A DNA stretch of 64,000 nucleotides from a virus. The notes below the pieces were generated by a model. The model had not been told where the DNA came from. It made no database searches and worked only from the letters and a program-made list of their open reading frames with translations. The stretch is taken from IMG/VR virus record IMGVR_UViG_3300045988_101878, positions 11,226-75,225 of that record; one strand, given 5' to 3'. Positions 15,301-24,300 of this stretch are shown here, piece after piece (position 1 is the stretch's first letter; each line of letters starts with the position of its first letter). A program made the position numbers and the translations under genes.

Positions 15301-18300
15301 GCCCTGATAGAGACATTCAAGCAGGAGAAGAACAGCGAGAAGTAGAAGAAAAAGCAATATTTGAACAGAGAAAGGCTGAATATCTTAAAGCCTTGAAGGA
15401 AGGTAAGACTGGCAAAGAACTTGAAAATGCGAAATTGCATTACAAGTTTTCTTTCTTGGACTACCAAAATATAATGGGCGTAACTGACGCTGAGTCGCTT
15501 GAAAAATTATGGAAGAGGGAGCTTGAATCGGCAAAGGATTCTAATGGTATTGGAAGTGAAGAGGCTCTTGCCATTCTTCCTAAGAAGGAAGAGAAAACGT
15601 TTGATCCGATTGGTAAGGCTGCGGAGAACTACAAGAAAGACCATCCTTTGACAGATGAGGAGATTAGGAGTAGCGATGTGGACGACATTGCAAAGGATAT
15701 GGCTGTAGATTATCTGAATGGCGAGGTGACGGATGATTTGCATCGTGCCGTTTATGAGAGCATCTATGAAAAGGTGAAGGATGCGAAGATGAAAAACGCC
15801 ACTAAGCAAGCGGATAATAAAACAGAAACTACCGAAACTCCTAATGTGGAAGCCTCAGCAAGCCCTATTGAGGGAATGAAGAATGCTGCCGAGAAGTTTG
15901 CTAAAGAGAAAGAGGCTGCTGTAGAAGCTATGGGCGAAGTGAAGAAGCCTCAGCAAAAGGCTGACGATGCAGCTGTGGAAGCGTCGAACAAGAAGGTTAA
16001 CGACCTTTGGAACGACTTGCTGAAAGCAGGCAGAGAGGATTTGTCGGCATCATTCATCGGACTTAACGCAAGACAGCTTGAAGTGCTGCCTAAACTTGTG
16101 AGTGCAATGGCAGAGAACGCTTACCTAAGAATAAAGAGAGGTATGCACAATCTTGAAGACGTGGTAAAAGAAATGCGCAAGGAGTTTGCTCCAGCAGCCC
16201 AGGTGTTCAAGAAGGAAGATGTGGATGCCATCTACGAGCAGATGATGAACATTCGCTATCGTGACGGCGAACAACGCATGAGCTTGAAGGAATGGGCAGA
16301 CTACTACGAGAAGATTTCACCTAAGCACAAGGAGGAACTTGTGGGCGACTCCAAGGAGGCAGAAGAGAGAAAGATACGCGAGAAGAAATTTATAGACAAA
16401 GTGAACCTTCGTCTTGGTTTCGGACAGAAGATTAACGGCATCGTAGAGCTGAGAAAGATGGCAGAGGAATGTGGACTGAAAGACGTGAAGGACACGGACT
16501 TGCAGGAACTTGCCGAGACAGCCATCGTACAGAGAGCGAGAGGTATCGCTTCTTCGGAGTCAACCAATAATACCGAGAAGTTCAAACGTATAAAGAAACT
16601 CTACGAGAATCAGCCGAGCCTTAATCAGCGTGACTCAGAGAGAGTGATGAAGCAGCAGTATTCCACACCTGCTCCTTACGCATTCCTTGCAGACATGTAT
16701 GTGAAGGCAGGAATTGAAGTAAAGAGCGCATTGGAGCCAAGTGCCGGAAACGGAATGCTGACAATAGGCTTGCCTAAGGATGCGGTACATGTGAACGACA
16801 TCGACGCACAGCGACTTGCCAACTTGCAGAGACAAGGCTTCAAGAACGTAACAAGCCAAGACGGAACACAGCCGTTTGCGGACAAGGACGTGGACGTGGT
16901 TGTGACAAACCCACCATTTGGAAGTGCCACACCAAGGGATTATGACGGTTATACTATCTCTTCATTGGAGGGACAGATGGCTATCAATGCCTTGGAGAGC
17001 ATGAAAGACAACGGTCGTGCAGCCATCATCATCGGCGGCAAGACGGAATACGCCAAGAACGGAAGTCTGAATCCAAAGGATAAGGCTTTCCTTGGTTATC
17101 TCTACAGCCACTATAATGTGGAGGACGTGATAAACGTGGATGGAAGCCTGTACGCAAAACAGGGCACAACATACCCGACACGCATTATATTGATTAACGG
17201 ACGACGCTTTGACGAGAATGCCTATCCGCCAGTTAAGGACAAGGCAAGAGCGGAAGCCGTGAAGAGTTATGACGAACTTTATAAAAGAATAAACGATGAT
17301 ATACTACGAAGTGGAAGGATGGATTCTCCCGTCGGAGAAGGAGGAGAAGATGCTAACGCAAAACCTAATAGACCGAGCGTTGCTGACGCTAATGAAGAGG
17401 GAGTACGAGCAGGAGGAAACGGAGGAGGCGAACAAAAGCCTTCAGTTCGTACTGGAGGAGTACATGACAAGACTGCCGAACCAGTTTCCGACAATGTATT
17501 GGGGACAGAAGGAGGAACCAAGCCAGGAGAAAATGGAGGACTTCCTGATGGAGCTATTGGAGCAAACGGAGCAGGGACAGAGCCTACTTCAAGCAAGGAA
17601 CCAACCACTGGAACCAACAAGCAGCGAGGAAATGAACCAGGAGGAAATGGACGACCTAACACTCAGCCAAATGCTGATGAAACTACCGATGCCGGGAACG
17701 GAGGGAGACCACGGGGACAACTGGAGCGGGTGGACAAACCCGTACGTGGACTAAGTGCCGAAAAGGTTGCTTATACGCCAAGAAGTGAAAACCCGTTCAC
17801 TCTTAAAGCTGTTATGCCTGCCGACCAACAAGAGGCAGTTAATAAGAACCTCGAAAAACTGGGTGATGCAGACCAATTCTTGGTTGACGAACTGGGCTAC
17901 AACGATAAAGCAGACCTATACGCACATCTTGCAGCAGAGCAAGTAGACTCAGTAGCTCTCGCTTTGCAACAGGCAAAGAAAGGCAATGCCTTTATCATCG
18001 GTGATATGACAGGTATTGGCAAGGGTAGACAGGCAGCTTCGCTTATCAGATACGCCAAGAACCAAGGACAAGTGCCAGTATACTTCACAAAGACAGCAGG
18101 TTTGCTGAGTGACGTATATCGTGACTTGGTAGACATAGGTAGCAAAGAATTGAGACCGTTTGTATTTGGAAGCGCAAAAGAAGCTGCCATTACAGACGCT
18201 GACGGAAACGTAGTATTTGCACTACCTTCGAAGAATGAAGTGAAGCGCGTGCTTGACTATATAGAAAAGAACGGAGAACTACCAAAGGAGTATGATTACG

Positions 18301-21300
18301 TTCTGACGACATACAGCCAAGTAAGCAACGGCGTATATGAGTTTGACGAGAATGGCAATCGTAAGGAAAGGAAATTAGCCAAAGGCAAAAAGTTTGGTGC
18401 AGCAGCAATCAGCGGACAAGCCCGACGTGACGCTATAGAAAAGCTCATGAAGAACGGCTATCTGATATTGGACGAGAGCCATACAGCAGGAGGTGACAGC
18501 GGTCAAGGCAACTACTTCCAGCACATCATTCAGAAGGCAAAGAACGTGACCTTCTTCTCTGCAACCTTCGCAAAGCGTCCCGACAACATGCCAATCTACG
18601 CGCTAAGAACGGCAATGAACCAGGGAGGAATGAAAGCATCCGACTTGATAGACGCCGTGAAGCGTGGAGGAGCCACACTACAGGAAATCATGAGTCAGGC
18701 GCTGACCCAATGCGGACAGATGATACGTCGCGAGCGAGACATGACAGGCGTGACTATTGACTGGAAAGCCATTGACGACCCCGAAGTTGTTGCCGAACAG
18801 CGCGAGCAGTATGACAGCATCATCGGTCTGTTCAACGACATCATCAACTTCCAAAGAACCTATGTAAGCGCATACGTAGACAGACGTAATGAAGAACTTG
18901 CAGAGGTGCAGTCGTCGATGGGCATAAAGCGTGGCACAGAAGCCTTGGGAATAAAGAACCAACCGTTTGCAAGCAAGGCATTCAATACTGTGCAACAAGT
19001 GCTTCTCTCGCTTAAAGCAAAGTCGGCAGCAGAAAGAGCTATTGACTACTTGAAGCAAGGCATGAAGCCTGTGATAGCATTGAACAATACCAACGAGTCG
19101 CAGACGGGTAACCTTGCGCTTGGCGAAGAAATGGACGCTCCCGACTTGGGCACATCACTAAAGAAAGGACTTGAAGGTACGCTTCGCTATACGAGCAAGA
19201 ACGCTAAGGACGAAAGCGAAAGCGGATATATTAATCTGAAAGACTTGGGTGCAGATGCCGTTGAGGCATACCATGCTCTTGAAGAAAAGATAAGAAAGAC
19301 AAGTACCGGACTATCGCTCTCGCCTATCGACGTTATTAAGAACGAACTGACAAAGGCAGGGTATAAGGTAGGCGAGTTGACTGGTAGACAGACAGAGTTT
19401 GTGTATAACGAGAACGGCACGGTAACGAAGGTGAAGCGTGCGGACACAGACAAGAAGAAACTTGCGAGAGAGTTTAACGACGGACAGATAGACGCGCTAA
19501 TCTTGAACAAGAGTGCGGCAACTGGTATATCACTCCATGCTTCAAGCAAATATGCCGACCAGAGAAAACGAGTTATGATTGTTGCCCAGCAGCAGCTTGA
19601 CGTGAACGATGAGGTGCAGATGCGTGGACGTATAGACAGAACGGGACAGGTGGCAAGAGGCGCATACGAATACGTTGTGTCGCTTATCCCGGCAGAGCAG
19701 CGACTGTTGATGATGTTCAAGGCAAAGCTGAAATCATTGGACGCAAACACCACTTCTTCACAGAAGAGCAAGTTCAATGAAATGGAAGTAGCCGACATTA
19801 CCAATAAGTACGGAGACAAGGTGGTGAAGGAATACATGGCAGAACACCTTGACTTGTATGCACGTATGGCAGACCCATTCGGATGGGAGAAATCTTATGG
19901 AGCAGACTTATCAACAGTAGACCCACAAAAGTTGGTTTCTTCTTCTGACGGCATGAATAGTGAGGCTGGAGGCGACGCTAACAAGTTGCTTGGCCGTATG
20001 GCTTTGCTGAAAGTGAAAGAGCAAGAGAAGATGTTGCAAGAGATAGGCGACCTTTATGCAGCCGAGATACAACGTCTGAACGAAATGGGCGAAAACGACT
20101 TGGAGATAACAGAGTTGCCTTTGAAAGCTAAGACCTTAGACAGGATTATTTGGAAGGAAGGTACAGAACCAGGCGGCGACAATGCCTTTGCCGACAATAC
20201 TTATATAGAGAAGGTGAATATGGCTGTACTGAAAAAGCCGATGAAAGCGGAGGAGGTAAAGAAAGCTCAGGACGGACTCACGGGCGGCAAGTCGTGGGAC
20301 GAATACCGCAAGGAGAAGCTAACCGCTGCAAAAGAATACTTTGACAAGAAGATAGCCGAAGCTACTCAGAAATACGAGGAGCGTGCCGTTAAGGCTGCAA
20401 CAAAGGTAAAGGAGAAGTATATCAAGGAAGCAAAGAAGGGTCAGAAAGAAACTGGCGTGAGCGACGAGCAGATTGAAAAGACTGCTGGCTATCAGTACGA
20501 AAACGCCTATAACGATGAGAAGACTAAGCTTGACGAAGTGGTGAAGAACCTCAAAGCGAAGTATGGCGTATTTGAGCGTGCGCTTGAAACATTCAACACA
20601 GAAGACGCATTTGTACTGCCAACAGACATGAACAATCCCGCTGAGTTGAGCGGATTCGGCAACAGCTATGGCAGACTGATAGACATAAAGATAACTGACA
20701 ACTTCTCGCCAAACGCCTCAACAATATCGTTCGCCACATTGGACGGACGAAGAAAGATAACATTCCCTATAAACGGAAAAGCAGGACTCGGAATCGACAA
20801 GGTTGATGTTATAGAAATTATTGACAGGCAGACAAGGCAGGCATCGTCGTTGGGTGACAAGAATCTACGTGTATTGAGTATGGATGCCTCCAACTGGGAC
20901 AAGCTGACAAGCAACGAGAGCCGTAAGGACGGATATATCATTACCGGAAACTTGCTGCAAGGCTTGATTGACACCAAGGCAGAGTTCTTGGGTGCTCAGT
21001 TAGTGAAATATACAACAGATACAGGTGAAGTCAAAACTGGTATTTTGTTATCTGGTAATGTAAAACTGAAAAACCTTGCCAACGAGAAGCCTATTAATAG
21101 CGTAGCTGAAAAATTTGAATTGCCATCTAACAAGGGTGGCATAACAGAGGTGACATCTTCGGACGGAGACGTGAAGATAGAGCAAAGTTCAGTTTACACA
21201 AGAGAGGAATCTAACTATAACATCCGTGTTCCAAAGAGTAACAAAAAGGGAGGCAAGTATTTCCTTGATAAAGAGCTGCTGCAAATGGTTGTTGGCGGTA

Positions 21301-24300
21301 ACTTTGAGACAAGAGGAAACACGATGTTTGCCCAGATAAAGACTGGAAAGCTAAAGGATGTACTTGACAGACTTTCGGAGCTTGGCGTAAAGGTAAAGGA
21401 AGAAAGCAAGGTGCATTACCGCATGGAGCTTGGCAACACCTTCTCAGACAGCAAGGAACACTTTGACGCTGTGAGAGACAGAGCTGTGGAGGAGAAAGGA
21501 ATCGTTATGCCTAATCTGAATAAGGAGAAGGTGAAGGTGGTAGAGGTTGAGAAATCTCCCTTTGGTGACAATATTGAAACTTCTTTAAAAAATGCCAGAG
21601 AATGGGCAAAAGAAAACCTTGTAACAACGGGAAAGACAGAAATGCCTATTATGCGCGATGGTACATCTTATACAATCAGCAAAAGGGCTGTTGAAAAATA
21701 TCTTTCAGAAAGTGCTGTTCGTAAAAGTGAGAATCTTGACATTCATCTTTCGGTACTTCCCAAACTTACAGATGTTGTCCATGAGAGCATTGAAGCAGAG
21801 ATACACCCGGATTACAAAAAGGGTGAAGACGGAATACGTGGTATTGAGAATGGATATGGTGAAGGTATTTTAGTACATAGACTTTATGGCGCAGTAGAAC
21901 TGGACGGTAAGATGTATCGTGTTAAGACTACTATGCAAGAGTTCAGAGGTGGGGAAGAAAACAAACCTCATAGCTATGAGGTAACAAAAATAGAGCTGCT
22001 TGACTCCCCTGGAAAGCGAGAAAATCCCGACAGACCACCTTTGGTTTCATCAAACAACTCTAAAAATATAACGTCGGAAGGTTCCGAGAAAGCGAACGAA
22101 TCCGACAGTCTCCCTTTGAACAGTGCAACCAACGGTTATATTTCAACTGCAAAGTTACTGCAAGGAGTTGAGAAATCCTACGATTCGGGCAAGAAATTGC
22201 TTGATGAGAGTAAAGATTTAACAGATGGGGAGACTTTCTTTAGAAAAGAAGGCGATGGTGTTGTAACACCTGAGAAGACTTCGAATGCTATGAGCGAGCG
22301 TATCATCAAGACCGTTGAGAAGGTTGCCAAGAGAACTGGAGGCAAGGTGAAGATGGTGAACTCGGTTGAGGAGATTGAGAACCCGAAGGTGCGCAAGGAC
22401 ATAGAGAACGGCAAGCAGGTGACTGGCTGGTATGACGAGAAGACGGGCGAGGTGCATCTGTATATGCCGAACATCCATGACACGTATACCGCGGAGAAAA
22501 CCGTTTGGCACGAGACTGTAGGACACAAGGGCATGAGAGGTTTGCTTGGAGATAAGTTTGACTCCTACATGAGAGACCTTTGGATGGACTTGGACAACCC
22601 TATCAATGCTGAGCTGAGAGCTTATGTGAAGGAAAAAATGAACATGAATCACCTTGGATTCTATGACGCTATTGAGGAGTTTATCGCCAAGAGCGCAGAG
22701 GACGGAAAGGGTGAGCCTGGCTTCTGGAACTACATTAAGAATAAGGTAACAGATGCCCTGCATGAGATAGGCTACAGAGTTTCGCCTAACGTGAAGGACG
22801 TGAAGTATATGCTGTGGCTGGCGAAGAACGTGCAGAAGCATGGAGACAGTCCGCTGTGGAAGCTGAGAGCTGAGGCTGTGAGGTGGAAGATAGAGCATGA
22901 GAAGACGGAGTACACGAAGATTGAGGGCGGCGAGCTGTATGACAACGACGGCAAGAGCCATGACTTCGAGAGCATGAGCCGCGAGGAATGGCTGGAGGCA
23001 ACGGACGGAGAGATACACTACCGCACGACTCCAAGCGCTGCTACCGCTTTGGACAGATACCATCATGCCCTGGACCGTCATAGCTATATGGCTACGGAGG
23101 CTTTCATGGACAATATGCTCTCGTTGAAGAAACTCATGGAGGCTATTGATCCATCTATCAGAAAGATAGAAGATGTGGCAAGCTCGATGAACCCATATCT
23201 GATGCAGAATATCACGGAGGGCAAGATGAGCGACAAATCCAAGCTCTTCGAAATACGCTATATGGACCCGCTTAGCAAGGCTATGTCGAGCGTGTTGGAC
23301 AGCTTCGATGGCAAGAAGGTGGAGGACAGAATAAGGAACTTCAATCTGTATATGATTAGAAAGCATGGATTGGAGAGAAACCGTGTGCTGTTCGTGAGAG
23401 ACAAGATAAGGGAAGAACGAAAAGTGAAGAGTGAAGAATCCAATAGTATTGATGCTTTGGAGACTGCTTGGAAGGGCGAAAAATACGACCTTAGAAAGAA
23501 GCTTGACTCGGGACAGATAGACTTGAAGGAGTACTACCGTCAGATGGACGAGTGGATTGTAACGAACTTGGACAAGGACTTTAAGGCTGAGGAGCATGAC
23601 TATTCGGGTATGCACGGCTTGCAGGGTATTGCAGACAAGAAAGCAGCTTATGATGATGCCGGAGCTATTGACGAGGTAATGAGCCAGGAGGCGAGCATGG
23701 AAAGCATGAAGAAAGGCTCAGTTGCCGACTTCTGGAAGAAGGTGAAGGCAGCTACTGATTATTCTGTAAATTCGGACTATGAGAGTGGACTGATAAGTCA
23801 AATTACACACGACGGAGTGTTGGGCATGTTTGACTGGTATGTACCGTTGAGAAAGTTTGACGAGGCTACCGCTGAGGACGTATACGGATATGTGACAGAA
23901 ATGGGCGACCCAAGCAACTATATCGGCACGACGCTGATGAACGCCAAGGGACGAAAGAGCCTGAGCAATGTGGAGATATTGGCACAGATTGGCTTAATGG
24001 GCAACCGTGCGATAAGAAACGGAGGTCAGAACACTATAAAGCAAGCCTTTGCGCGATTCGTGAGAAACAGCGGAGAGCAGAATCTTGTGAAGGAGACAAA
24101 GGTTTGGGTAGAAAAAATAGGCACAGACAGAAACGGTAACGACATTTGGGAGGAGGCTTATCCGAAGATTCCCGAAGGAGCCGAAGCTGATGAAGTTGCA
24201 GAAATTGTGGATGCCTTTGAAACGGACATGAGGGCCAAGCAAGCTAAGGGCGAGGCAAAGAGTCTGAGCAACAGCACGGACATCGGCTTCAAGTTCCAAA

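Noticed and set aside
22218-23615. Very long antisense ORFs inside the giant gene: 22218-23615 (465 aa), 10440-11495 (351 aa), 11598-12506 (302 aa), 19187-19837 and 8046-8921, plus 58946-60103 opposite the SbcC-like gene.
   Set aside because: All are L/S/H/V/C-rich low-complexity translations lying exactly opposite purine-rich coding sequence, where the antisense frame is naturally stop-poor. They show no motifs, no plausible starts or promoters, and full overlap with well-supported sense genes.
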